Assembly (NCBI RefSeq): GCF_000400465.1
Contig: NW_008806282.1
Coordinates: forward strand, 20,001-268,000
DNA from: Wallemia ichthyophaga EXF-994
Lineage: Eukaryota > Fungi > Basidiomycota
DNA: 248,000 nt
Direction of reading: 5' to 3'
A model generated the notes under the pieces. That model worked only from the letters and a program-made list of their open reading frames with translations. It was not told the origin of the DNA and made no database searches. A program made the position numbers and the translations under genes. Each line of letters begins with the position of its first letter. The first letter of the stretch is position 1. Positions 192,647 to 206,599 of this stretch are shown here, piece by piece.

Positions 192647-193955
192647 TTATTGAATTAAGTCATGGATTGTGACTCTGCGCACGCGCTCTGACGCTCTCTT
192701 TGCTCTGATGCTTGATTTGTTCAGGTGACTTCTCGTCTGCGAAGAAGACCACACCGCACTGCACCTTGTCAGCTGATATTGTATCAATAGTATGTATGAC
192801 CTCACCAGTTCTGAAAGGTCGCAGTAGCGCCTGGAGAATGTGAGTGCTTGTGCATTCAAATTTCCGTTATCCTCATCATCAAGGTTTATTTGCTGTGCAT
192901 TAGCTTGTATGTGTTCAGGATTGGAAGAACGAGGCAATGTGACTATCCTTCTACCTATCACCCAGTTTGTAATAACGGTAGGAGCAGAAACGCTGTGCTT
193001 TTTTGCGATTAAACCTATTGTTGCGTCTTGGAGAAGCTGATTTTGCTGATCGTATAGCGCATTGGCGTTTCCAAATGGAGAATAACCCTCTACCACAATA
193101 CCTTGGGATTTTGCAAACTCTACAAGTCTATGCTGCGGCAAACGTGGGTGTATTTCGACCTTGGAAGGTATAAGTATTTGCACTGACGTCACCAAAGCAA
193201 CACACCTGCAGAATCGATGGTTTAACACGCGCGTATGAGAGCATATCGCTTAACTGATCTACTGTGAGGTTCGAGACTCCGATTGAGCGCACCTTCCCAG
193301 TCGACAGAAGATGTTCCATAGCCTGGGATGGTCTATGTAAAGTAAATCACGTCCCACTGACATCTTACGCACCTCCCATGTCTCGCGGTAAGGGACGCGG
193401 TCGTTGATAATAACGCCATGGTCATCTTGAGGGATGTTTGCCCGATTGTCAGCTGAGGGCTATAAATGTCAACATTGCATCACACGCTGAAGCTTCGAAA
193501 CCACCTTGAAAGCAGCTGGCCAGTGGATGATGTATGCATCAAGATATTCTAGGCCTAATTCGGACAAAGATACATCAAGTGCTTTCTCCACGTCTTCCTT
193601 TCTGTGAGAGTTGTTGTAGAGCTTCGATAATACGAAGATATCAGAGCGCGGTGTTTGCGTATCATCCATGAACCGCCTGATAGCAACTCCGCAGGCAGCC
193701 TCATTCAAGTAAATCGCTGAGGCTGCCTGTGAGTTTGGACTGAGGAGAGAACTGCAGACCTACAAGCACAATCGATGCCTCTGTATCCACTCTTGAGTGC
193801 CTCGTAAACAGCAAATTCTGTTCTGTCGCCCAGTTCCCATGTGCCAAGCTAGGGCCGAGTGAGAAGTGAGATCATTGAAAATTAAGCTATCCTACTTGTA
193901 GCAGTGGGATTTGTACGCCGTTGTTGAGCGTCTCTGTGTGATTTGCAAGAGTCAT
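192647..193955 (-). CDS. Second aldo-keto reductase (tandem paralog, multi-exon)
   Basis: GYRGIDCA, LSKLYN, YLDAYIIHWP, IGVSN, LPRS. Confidence 0.9.
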
Positions 193956-193968
193956 TGATATATTCTCG

Positions 193969-196900
193969 ATGATGACAGAAGGCAGGAAGCAGGAAGACAC
194001 GCCCGATGCAAGCGAGACCAAGAAGATATCGGGCGAGATAATAAGAACCGCAGAAAAGCACAAACCTACCGGTAACGACTCTATCTCCTCAACCACCAAC
194101 TACGAAATGACGGATCCTCACAGAGTCATTAACAGCGCCGCGAGCTACAGTGATGGAGACAAAGAAGCCATTATACAGCAGCTGCGATCTGAGCTTGGTG
194201 TGGCTTCTCTCCCATCTTCCGCACAAATCAAAGACGATATCCAATCGAGCTTCTTGCAGCCGCCAAAGAAGCTGTCGAGTATCAACTATCGAACAATACC
194301 GCGCCAGCCAAACCTCAGAAATCTTGTTCAATCGGACATCTCAGCACCATCCTCGAAGCTGTCGTTCCAAAGAGCTGGTCTCGATGGTAACATCGTTGGA
194401 CACACTGAAGTACAAATTCCAATTACTGCAAGAGAGAACGCTAGAACATCAACTAGTATCCACAGGGCTCCAACCGATGCTGCGTCCTTTGTCCGAGGAA
194501 AGAGCGGCAACGTGCCATTCGCGCCGGGCGGTTTGGACGTCGTGAAGGAAACTGTCGATATGGAGAGCAGAAACAAACACGGATTAGATGGCGAGAGTGC
194601 TGGTACATCTGTAGATTTGTCCAAGGGTGGGTCGGTAGCTTGTTGAAATGACGCACAACTCACACAACACAGGGGGTTTAAGAACGGCTCCACCAGGATT
194701 TGGGAGAGGTTTACGGTTTGAAGGAGACGAAAGCAATTCCCTTGACGCTATCAGCGGTGCATCAGAGTTACCTCAGGCAAGCACCTCCAAACACACTGCT
194801 GTATCAACCAACAAACCCAACAAAGTCAACATTCAGTCCGATAAATCATTCACTGATGCTTCCATCGATGAGCTGCTTCCTGACTCTAAGCCACACATTC
194901 CAACGACTGCCGCCAACTCGCGTCGTAAAGCTCAATTGGCCAAAAGAGAATGGGCTCACGTCGTCAATGCGAACAAGGGACTCACCAACTTTGACGAGCT
195001 AGTACCAGATATGGCTATAAAGTATCCGTTCAAGCTCGATAATTTCCAGCAAAACGCTGTTTATTATTTGGAGATGGGTGACTCAGTCTTTGTGGCAGCA
195101 CATACTTCGGCCGGTAAGACGGTAGTTGCAGAGTATGCAATAGCCCTAGCAGCTAAGCACATGACAAGAACAATCTATACTTCGCCAATCAAGGCATTGT
195201 CTAATCAGAAGTATCGAGACTTCAAGACAACATTCGATCCATCCACTGTTGGTATTTTGACAGGAGATGTGCAAATCAATCCAGAAGGAAGCTGTCTTAT
195301 CATGACCACTGAAATCTTGCGTAGTATGCTGTACAAGGGTGCGGATCTTATCAGAGATGTTGAGTTTGTTGTTTTCGACGAAGTTCACTACGTCAATGAT
195401 GCTGAGAGAGGTGTTGTGTGGGAAGAAGTAATCATCATGTTACCTGAGCACATCAACATTATCCTCCTCTCTGCAACAGTGCCAAATGCGAAGGAGTTCG
195501 CAGACTGGGTTGGTAGAACAAAGAGAAAGAACATCTACGTTATCAGCACACCAAAGCGTCCTGTACCATTAGAGCATCACCTATTTGCAAGCAAGGAGAT
195601 TCACAAGATAGTCGATTCGAGTGGAAGATTCTTGAGCAGCGGCCACAAAGACGCAACGGATGCACTGCGTAAGAAGCAAGACAAGGAAAGAGAAGCAGCA
195701 GGCTTACCGCCTGTCCAGAAGACGGGCGGCGGTGGTCGTGGTGGTCGTGGCGGCGGACGCACACCCTCAAATATGGGAGCTACAGGTGCTCATCGAGCTA
195801 TTAACACCTACAACAAATCTCAAGGAGCCAACAGAGGGGGTGGAAATTCTTCTTCAGGTGGTAATCAGAATCACCACTTGGTGCAGTATCTTAAAAAGAA
195901 GGAATTGCTACCTGTCGTCATTTTCACCTTCTCCAAGCGCAAGTGCGAGGAGAATGCCAGTGGATTAGGTGGTATGGACTTACTGACTGCTGCTGAGAAG
196001 AGTGAGGTGCACATAACTATCGAGAGGAGCATATCTAGATTGAGAGGTGGGAATCTTTGAGTGGTGGGGATCCCAGCTGACACAAAGCAGGTTCAGACAA
196101 ACAGCTCCCTCAAATTGCGAGAATGAAAGATCTTCTCGGAAGAGGTTTGGCTGTTCACCATGGTGGTCTTCTCCCGATCGTTAAAGAGGTGAGTGAAAAC
196201 ATGCGCTCACAATATATGCTAAAACAGCTCAAGATTGTAGAGCTTCTTTTTGGTAGAGGTCTTGTAAAAGTGCTCTTTGCTACAGAAACATTTGCCATGG
196301 GTGTCAATATGCCTGCCAGAAGTGTAGCTTTTTCTGGTATACGCAAGCACGATGGGAAATCATTTAGAGATCTTCTGCCTGGTGAGTTTACATTTGCAGC
196401 CTCAACTTGCTAACCGAGGCCTAGGCGAATACACCCAGATGTCAGGCAGGGCGGGTCGCAGAGGATTGGATGCAACAGGTGTTGTTATCATTATGACAAA
196501 TGACAGCATACCCGAGACAACAACACTGCAGCAGATGATACTGGGTGTACCCGGTAAACTCAATTCGCAATTCAGACTGACATTTAACCTCATCCTCAAT
196601 TTGCTCCGGGTCGAGACGCTCAAGGTCGAGGACATGATCAAGCGCTCTTTCAGTGAGAACGCCAGTCAGAGATTACTTCCTGATCAGCAGAAGCAAGTTG
196701 AAGAAACAGAGCAGCGACTTGCACTATTACACAAGTTGGATAGAGAGACGTCCCTTCCTGATCTAGATACTCTCTATAACGTGAGCGCATCACTCGTGGA
196801 TGTGAATGCCTACATAGTCGACTATGCTCTGGGACATCCTCAAGGAAACAAGATGATTGGTACGGGTAGAGTTGTGTTGGTGAGAGACAGCCACTTTAAA

Positions 196901-198249
196901 GGTAACTTGGCGGTGCTGCTCCGTCCACCGAAGTTCCTGCCGACTGGGGCATCCAAGACATCCAAGTACTATTGGGTTGTCGGTTTGTCGGACAAAGATA
197001 CTAGAGATGGCAAGAAGGGTGGGTCGATGTTTGAGATCTTGTTGGTTTGCTGACGATTGCCTAGACATGAAGGCAGACGACATCACACCTCGCTGGCCTG
197101 CAACATTACAGGAAGATGATGGTGAACTGGTTTATGACTTGGTCTCAATCCCCAGCGAGAGTATATCTATGATTACCAAATTCACAATGAAGGATGTGAG
197201 TGGGGTGTCCGAGGGTGTTTATTATTCTCACTTTACTTTTCAGCTCGATGTGTCTGCTATCGTAGATCACCATCGCAAGTCTGCTCTACAGGGTTGTGCA
197301 GACTATTTGAAGGAGCTTCTTCCTACGCTCAGCAACAATGCCACACTGACGGACAGATCGCTGGAGATCGACTGGTCAAAGTTGAGAGGATTGGAATTCC
197401 ACGAAGCGTTATCAGAGAGGGAGAGGTTAATGACGAAAGTGCGTGATCTCATACCGCTCACCGCTTTACCGGAGTTTGATTCTCAATATGCGCATCTACA
197501 TGTGGAAAGCGGATTGAAAAATCAGGTGGCTTATCTTAGAGCATCAATCAGTGATCAGAATTTGGAGCTGCTTCCTGATTACGAGAATAGAATCAATGCA
197601 TTGAAGGAAATGCAGTACATTGACCAAAAATCTACCGTTCAATTGAAAGGAAGGGTTGCTTGCGAGGTTAGTGGAGGTTTCTTGAATTGAATAGCAACTC
197701 ACCACTCAACACCTTACAGATCAACTCTGCCCATGAACTCATCCTCACCGAGCTAATTTTGGAGAATACGTTCGCCGCCTATGAGCCAGAAGAGATGGTG
197801 GCGCTGCTTTCGTGTTTCTTATTCCACGAGAAGACGGAAGTGGAGCCTGTGATTCCGCCAAAGTTGGAAGAGGTGGGTATTTTCAGGATTTGGCCCACAT
197901 TACTGACCCTGCGTAGGGTCGTGATACTATCTTTGCTATAGCAGATAAGGTGCAAAGAGTACTCGAACGCAACAAGGTAGAATCTGAAGATTTCGAAACA
198001 TCGCTTAAGTTCGGATTAGTGGAGGTTGTTTATGAATGGGCTAAGGGTATGCCGTTTGAGCAGATCACACAATTGACAGATGTGCCAGAAGGTACGATCG
198101 TCAGGGTAATCACAAGATTGGATCAGACTTGTTTGGAGGTTAGAGATGCAGCTAGAGTGATTGGAGATGCTGCACTTTTCCAAAAGATGGAGGCGTGTCA
198201 GACAATGATCAAGAGAGATATTATCTTTGCTGCTAGTCTGTATGTTTAG
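193969..198249 (+). CDS. SKI2: Ski2 RNA helicase (start may be Met 194107)
   Basis: [40 protein letters not shown]. Confidence 0.95.
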
Positions 198250-199034
198250 AATGTATATTGCGAGGAGGAGTTGGATCAGATTTTCAATGCATTGTTTTTA
198301 CGAAGAATTGTTAAGAGCTATGTGCATAACGTGTCTTGTGTAACAAAACAAAGACGTTTTGACATTTACCGAGCAAATCAGAGTGAATACTTGAATCCAT
198401 GCTCTCCCCTAATCTCTCTATAAGATCAAAACACCTCGAACCATTTACGGTTCCATTCACCACAACAATATAAATTGGGAACATGCCATACAAGCCATAT
198501 CAAGACGATCCAACGAGAAGAACAATATTCACACCATCGGAGGAACTTCTGTTGATGTTTGGAAATCTATTGCCAAATCTCGCGAGGACGTCGCATCACT
198601 TCGGATACAAGGACGACAAGCTATGTGGTTGCTGAAACTCACTTAGTATAGCTGTATTAAGGAAGTACATGGAATCGGGTTCCCAATTCACGTTGGTGCA
198701 GCTGTATCAAGCAAACCAAGACAGAATCCGCTTAACACTGAATAGTAAACACGAGGGCTCTTGTCAACGTTCTCGCAAAGACGTACGGATGGTTCGAGGA
198801 CGATAAGGTTATTCGGAGGAAGCTTGTTAAGGCTAAGCTGGATAAGTACGGTCGCTTTGAGTTGATTATTGCTTCTTGTAGCCTACACTTAGGCTTGCAT
198901 GCATTTTACTGCAAATCGCTGTGCTGGAAGTCTATGACAAGCGAACGAACGAACCAAACAAAGAACACATTGATTGCAATGCATAATAATAATATTACAT
199001 GATAGCACCATTCTATTGAAATATCCACATCTAA

Positions 199035-200139
199035 TCAATCAAAAACGACTGTCTTGTGTCCTGAGAGAAGCACTCTATGTTCAGAAACCCATTTAACAGC
199101 TCTTGCGAGTACAATAGACTCAACATTCGATCCTACGTGCGAGAGTGATTTTGGATTGAGTGTGTGGTCGACTCTCTCGACACCCTGTTCGATTATTGGA
199201 CCTTCGTCGAGGTCTGATGTGACAAAGTGTGCTGTTGCACCGATAAGCTTCACACCTCTATCGTAAGCCTGGTGGTATGGTCTGTGTTGGGTTGAAAGTG
199301 TAAGCAGTGCTCACCGGCGCACTAAACTCAATTACTCACTTTGCACCCTTGAATGAAGGAAGGAACGAGTGATGAATGTTTATAATACGTCCACTCATCT
199401 CCTTACATAGTTTTGGCGATAGGACTTGCATGTAACGGGCTAAAACAATGTAATCAATCTTGTGTTCTTTTACGAGTTTCAGGAGCTCCTCTTCCTGCTG
199501 CTCCTTCGTATCGCGATTGACTGGCAAGTGCAAGAAAGGGATCTCGTAGCTCTTGGCCAGTGATTGGTAGGTAGGATGATTACTGACGATCAGCGGTATC
199601 TCAATTGGGATTTGATCTGCTGAGGCTCTGAAGAGTAAATCGTTGAGACAGTGACCAATCTTTGAAACCATAACCATAACCTTTGGCTTGTTTGATGCTA
199701 CATGCATATGCCATTCAAGACCAATGTTTTCAGCGAGTTTACCGAATTCTCGTCTCAGAGGCGCTATATCCAAACCATTTTGAGCTTGGGCAGTGATTCT
199801 CATGAAAAAGCGATTAGAAGTTGGATCCAAGAACTGATCGGAGGAGAGAATGTTGTGGTGGTTGTTGTACAGAAACTCGGAAACATTCTTGACAACGCCG
199901 AGCTGATCTTGACAGCTCAGAGTGAGTACTATTGAGTTCTCTGGCTGTGAAACCTTGGGACTGAGTAATCCTTTTACTTTTCCCTGGTTAATTAGTGTAT
200001 CCGTTTCCGGGGTGAACCTTGGGACGGTCGTGGACAGATATCTGGATGGAGTAGACAGTGCTATTGGGGCGAGTGAGGGTGATCTTCTTATACATGATCT
200101 CGCCACGCTTCTCGTGAGCGTTGTTGCTGGTAATCTCAT
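199035..200139 (-). CDS. purU: Formyltetrahydrofolate deformylase
   Basis: ACT domain, [39 protein letters not shown]. Confidence 0.95.
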
Positions 200140-200744
200140 GGCGTTGATGAAAATGAAGAGAGAAGACATCATTTTGTTGTGTCGGTGTGGAAAATTTCGC
200201 GGAATTGAGGAGCGTGTGAGAGTTTGCGTGAGTATTAGAGAGGTATTAGGATGCTTCTGCTGCTACTACTTCCGCTGCTCCGATAGATGGAATATATGTC
200301 AAGTCCTCGGAAAGCATTGGATGGAAAAAGCACTAAATCAGCCGGTAGACGATCATTATCGGGGTGCATCTGAGTAATTCAATAAACAAATATCAAACTT
200401 CCGAGCTTCTGATGTAGCTCCAGGTACAACAATCCTAGCAATCCCAGCAATCCAAACAAGCTTACAAGGGTTAAAAAGCATAAAAAGCACAAAATTATGA
200501 GATGATATGAGGCTTGTAAGTGATGCCTGTTAAATCACCTCAAATATCCCCATGTTAGACGATCTTCTCCGGCGGTAAACAACAAAGCAAAAGGCAGCCA
200601 TACAAATACAATACAATCAGCGCAGCCATCGCCCAAACCGACAATACAAAACACAAAATACGCAGATCTGACTCCGCCAAATTGTGACTCGACCGACCCA
200701 ACCAATCAGTGCTCGCCTGTCTTCTTCAAACTTCGACAACGAAA

Positions 200745-202659
200745 ATGTGTGGAATATTTGGAGTATGCGGGTTAGAAAACCCAGGAGAATACAGAAGCAA
200801 GTGCATTGAATGCGTAAAAGCAATTAGACATCGTGGACCTGATTGGTCTGGTGTTCATCAGGGCAAAGACTTTATCGTCGCACACGAGAGGTGAGAGGTG
200901 GGAGCAGCGTTAGGTCCAATCCCCTCACACGCCCTAGACTTGCCATCGTTGGCGTCGACACAGGCGCTCAGCCTATCGTCAGCGAAGACGAGAAGATTAT
201001 TCTTGCAGTGAATGGAGAAATCTACAACCACAAGCAATTGAGACATGGTTTAAAGGATAAGAACGCTGTGTTCAAGACTCACTCAGATTGTGAAGTTATC
201101 ATTCATTTGGTGGGTTTTTGGTCCTTTGGTGGCTTCACCTGGATTCTTACATTCCCTAGTACCGCGAACACGGCCCACAGGCAGCTGGTCTTCTCGATGG
201201 AATGTTCAGCTGGACGTTGTTCGACACCAACTACCCACAAACCAGGGTTATCGCCGCTAGAGACCCAATTGGTATCACCACTCTCTACCAAGGCTGGAAC
201301 TCCTCAAAGCCAGGCGCTGTTTATTTCGCATCTGAATTAAAATCATTGCACACGGAATGTGACAAGATTATTTCATTCCCACCTGGTCACTTTTACGACT
201401 CACTTACAGGTAATACTGAGCGTTACTACAACCCACCATGGTGGAACGGTGACCAAGAAGACGCTTCAGCCCCAACAAAGCCAGTTGACTTGACTGTGTT
201501 GAGAGAAAGCTTGGAGGCTGCCGTCCGTAAGCGTCTGATGAGTGAAGTTCCATACGGTGTTCTTCTCTCAGGTGGTTTGGATTCCTCTCTTATTGCTGCC
201601 ATCGCTGCTAGAGAGACTGAAAAGGTGCAAAAAGCTCAATACGAAGCTCGTAAGTTACGCACTGAAGGTAGCGCTTCACCAGCCAAGTACCCAGAGCAGG
201701 ATGAAGATCGTACTTTAGCGGCATGGCCAACCCTTCACTCATTCTCTGTTGGTTTGCCAGGATCCCCTGATTTACTTGCTGCTCGCAAAGCTGCTGCTTT
201801 CTTGGGCACGACACACCACGAATTTACTTTCACTGTTCAAGATGGTATTGATGCGCTCAAAGATGTCATTTATCACCTTGAAACGTACGATGTAACAACA
201901 GTGAGAGCATCAACACCAATGTACCTGATGTCTAGGAAGATCAAGGCTATTGGTGGGTGAAGATTAGTGTGGTGCCAAACAAACTAACCAGGTCTCATAG
202001 GTGTCAAGATGGTTCTCTCTGGAGAGGGATCAGATGAAATTTTCGGTGGTTACCTTTACTTCCATGCTGCACCATCTAGAGAGGCGTTCCATCAAGAATT
202101 GGTCAAGCGTATCAAGAACCTTCACACTGCAGACTGCTTGCGTGCTAACAAATCTACCATGGCATGGGGTTTGGAGGCTAGAGTGCCGTTCCTCGATCAG
202201 AGTTTCCTCAACGAAGCCATGTCGGTCGACCCACAAGAAAAGATGTTCAGCAAAGACACAATGAAGAACCTCGACGCGGAAGGTAGATCGAGAATGGAGA
202301 AGTACATAATCCGTAAGGCATTCGATATTGAAGTTGGAGGTAAGCCATACCTCCCAGAATCAATTTTATGGCGTCAAAAGGAGCAATTTAGTGATGGTGT
202401 TGGATATTCATGGATCGACGGAATCAAAGATTTCACAGCTGAGCAAGTGTCTGACCAAGACTTTGCTAAGCGTTCGGAGCGTTTCCCACATGACACACCA
202501 GACACTAAAGAGGCATACTGGATCAGAGAGACATTTGAAAGCTTGTTCCCATCGAAGACGGCAGCGGAGACGGCAGTAAGATGGATTCCAAAGGGGGAGT
202601 GGGGATGTTCGGCAGACCCAAGTGGTCGTAGTGTTGCCATCCACGAAAAGGCATATTAA
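200745..202659 (+). CDS. ASN1: Glutamine-hydrolysing asparagine synthetase
   Basis: [35 protein letters not shown]. Confidence 0.97.
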
Positions 202660-202789
202660 GTGGGTGTTAGACGATAAGGGTGAAAATTTTAAAAGAAAAG
202701 AAAAACAATGTTGTTTATGTTATTATTAGTACATGATTTCGTAGCTGAATTGTGTTTACTTTAATAAAGTGATTACGTGAATGTCGTTA

Positions 202790-203172
202790 CTTTGAGGGTG
202801 TTTTCACAAGGAGGCGGAAGATGCCGGCGGAGATCATGCCTGGGAGGGGAGTGAGTGTATAGGACTGGGGCAGTACAAGCACTCACCAATACCAAATACG
202901 GCTAAACCAGTACCTCTTAAGCCGCCTTTACCGGCAACGCCTCTCCCGAGACCTTGAACAGTTGCGTTTCCTTCGACACCTTTGCCAGTGCCAGACAATC
203001 TATCGAAAGCGCCGTGTTTCTTCGCTTCATAGAGAGAAAAAGCACCTGCGCCAGTGAAGACAGCTGCACCGGTTACTCGGCACTGGAGGCAGTCGCGGTC
203101 GTAGCCTTGGTTGTGTGGAAGTGCAGAAGGTGCTTGTGCTCGTGGGTTTCCGAAAGGACCAGCGCCATCCAT
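202790..203172 (-). CDS. Small membrane protein (DUF4536/DMAC1-like)
   Basis: DCLQCRVTG followed by hydrophobic segments. Confidence 0.6.
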
Positions 203173-203385
203173 TTTCAAATTTAAATTAGATGATGGTTTG
203201 GGATAAAGAATATAAATACTCTGATTGATCGTGTGATTTCATTTCTTTTGATCAACTGAGTCTGTGGCAAGTGTGACAGGGCGAACCGAGCTATGAATGC
203301 AGATAACGAATAAATGTATTTATCTTTTATTTTCATTGGTACTGTATATGCAATCTGAGCTCTGTACTCTGTACTCTGTGCTCTC

Positions 203386-204895
203386 ATGCCTCTCCAGCAA
203401 ACACCGCGGCTTCTAAGCATATGGACGAGTAGACTGCCAAACACAGCCAAATCAAACACCAACGGCTCTCTCAGCGGCCTCTCTATGGCTGTGAAGGATG
203501 TCTTCTGGACTACTGAGCTCCCAACAACCGCTGCGTCTAAGATGCTCCGTGATTTCCACCCAGAAGAAGACGCTGAGTGCGTCAGTTTGGCTAGAGCTGC
203601 TGGCGCTTGCTTGATCGGCAAGACCAATTGCGATGAGTTCGGCATGGGTTCCTCTAACAGATTCTCTCACTTTGGTCCTGTTCTACACCCCCTCTCTTCC
203701 GATAGACTCGCTGGTGGCTCCTCTGGCGGTTCTGCCGCTGCTGTTGCTCTCAACCAATCCTCTTTCGCCCTCTCAACGGACACTGGTGGCTCCACACGCT
203801 TGCCCGCCTCTTATTGCGGAGTTGTCGGCCTCAAACCCTCGTACGGTCTTATTTCGCGTTATGGCTTGATCCCCTATGCGGAATCACTCGATTGCGTTGG
203901 AATAATGGCTAAAAGCGTGCATACTGTAAACAGGGTGTTTGGTCCGTCGCTAATTCGTCTCCCGCTCCATCTGATACACTATAGATGTCCTATCGCAGTA
204001 TGACGAAAAGGATCCCACTTCTGAATCGACTGAGCTGCGCAAAAGCGCTCGCGAGGCTGCTCAAAGTGTCAGGCAGAGCACCGATACCTGGAGGATCGGC
204101 CTGCCCGAGGTGTGTGGATTGACATACACGGAAATGAGTATAATCTCACCACTGAAAGTAGGAATTGTTCACCAGCAAGCCATCAGATGCCCTGTCTGAG
204201 GTGCTCGATACCCTAATAAGGAAGGGTGCGACTGATGGCAAGCGTGTCGAGCTGTACCAGGTCTCTCTCCCGACAACCACGCTCGCTCTGAACGCCTACT
204301 ATGTTATTGCAAGTGCCGAGGCATCCAGCTCGCTTGCGAGGTATGACGGTATGCGATATGGTGAGCGCTCCTCTCCACATCTCTGCTCCATACAACGCAA
204401 CTCACATTCAATCTAGGGTACAGGAGCGAAAGTGGTTCGATACACGACACTCGCGAGGAGGGCTTTGGCGAAGAAGTCAAGCGACGCATCACATTAGGCA
204501 ATTTGGTCCTCTCTGCTGACTCCTTGGACAACTACTACCTCAATGCACAGCGCGCACGGACGGAGATTGTAAACGACTTTAATGGTCTGTTTAGGATGCC
204601 CAATGCACGCACTGCAACAGATGCTGTCCCAGACGGGATAGATGTCCTCATACATCCTACCGCTGTCTCGGGACCACCTCTCGTCGACTCACACGACGCT
204701 GCAGATTACGCCCAAGACCTCCTCACCACTCCGGCAAGCTTGGCTGGCTTGCCCGCCCTCAATGTCCCGATCGGTGTTGACAGCCAAGGCTTCCCGCAGG
204801 GTGTGTCGGTTGTCGGTCAGTGGGGCTGTGAGCAGTGTGTGTTTGGGGTAGCTAAGGAACTGGAGACTGCGAATGCTAGTGTTGGTGGTGTATAG
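203386..204895 (+). CDS. HER2: Mitochondrial Glu-tRNA amidotransferase subunit A
   Basis: [41 protein letters not shown]. Confidence 0.92.
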
Positions 204896-204988
204896 AATGT
204901 CGTTGTATTGTTACACATAGAGATAAGTTATTAGCGTGATTCGAGCGAGTATCGAGTAGAGTGTCTCGGGTGGTATGAGCAAGTGTAA

Positions 204989-205502
204989 CTACTTCCTGCT
205001 ACGCATGAGACTGCCAACCAAGATGGCACCCAGCGCTACCGCCCCGCCGCTGATAGCTAGCCCAATGTATCCCTCTGCAGACAGTCAGCCACACCACACC
205101 TCACGCTCGTCCAAACCCACCTTTAGCCCACGCCTTATCGATAATCTGCCCCAGCGAGCGCGCTTGCAAATTATTAGGCTCCTTCTCAAGCAGGACGTCG
205201 TTCAACCTCTTCGCATCCGCGTAGTTGCTCACTTTGTAATTTCCTAGAGCGAGGTAATAGAGGCACTCACGTCTCCTCTCCGCCTCCTGCTTGTAGATTT
205301 CGCTGAGCAGCGCAACCCCCTCCGTCACCTCCTCCCGCTCCTTCGACTTGACAAGTCCCCACGCTAGGTTGAATTTCGTTTGCACTGACGTATGCCCGGC
205401 TTGCTCCTCTTTGTCGTACTGTATTCGAAGCACCTGTAGCTCACTCCTGCTCAGCGGCGTATTCACATCCACGGCGAATGGCAATTCAGCTGATGATGAC
205501 AT
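204989..205502 (-). CDS. FIS1: Mitochondrial fission protein Fis1
   Basis: [28 protein letters not shown], tail anchor. Confidence 0.95.
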
Positions 205503-206599
205503 TGTGGTGTGTGTTCAAGAGTGCTTTGCGTTTGTATTGCTGTACACGATCATGCAGTATATCAAAAATCATACTGTATCAATCCATCAATGCATACAAA
205601 GCTCATTTACTTCTTATTTAGATAGTCATAATAAATGCTCAGCGATGAGTACGTCATAGCACCCTAATGACTGCAACTTGAGCAATATTGCTATCGTTCT
205701 GTAGCGACTACGTTTTCGAAGAGTTGAAAGGTTTTCATATCTTGACTAGACTTGTTTAGCACTCTGTAAAGGTTAAACTAGTTTCCGCATATCTCAGGGA
205801 GAGCAATTTGTAATACAAAAGTATACATGGCTGATATCCTGACATCTGAGATTTCAACGAATCTTTGATCACCCTTTCATCCCCATTACTTTTTTTCGAA
205901 ATTCACTGATCAGAAGCTAAAACCCCCGGATTTTGGAGTTTTGATGACCCCCACTTTTATGTACCTTTATCTCTGCTTGAAAGTGTGAATTAAGGCAGCA
206001 TAGCAATCTCTTTCACTGGTCCCAGGTTTGATAACTGTGGACATCACGCAACCTACCATTTTTTCGCGATTATTGAGCCGAACAATTGAGATTTGTAGGT
206101 ACTTGCGCCTCTGCAAGTCAAAATAATTTGTTTTCATCAATGAAGCGCGTGAACTCCTCCGCATCTATCCTATGGTGTGCTCTAGAGCGATTTTGGACCA
206201 TTGCTTCCGATCGGCGTGCAGGGCGCAACTTGGCGCCGGAGATCTTATTCTGGCATAATCATATTCGATTTATCCAGAGCTACCTACAAAGCTTTTTCGT
206301 TTGGAGATCATCATAACTTAAAAACACCACCTGAAAGAAGATAGGTGGTGAAGGAGAAATTCCGAGTTGGCGGGTATTGAGCGGATGGCTGATAAGGGAA
206401 TAATTTTGGAATGCTAAAAGTGCTACTTAAACGTATACTGTAAATTTCCAAATAACATACACCAGCACACTTCCAAACCACTCTACTAATTCAACTAGTC
206501 CTGAGGTCATCCATCATTGACGTAGGGATGATGAAACTCAGCAGCTAAAAATCATAATGCAATACCACGTCTATTCTTTGTTACAATGCAAAATATAAA

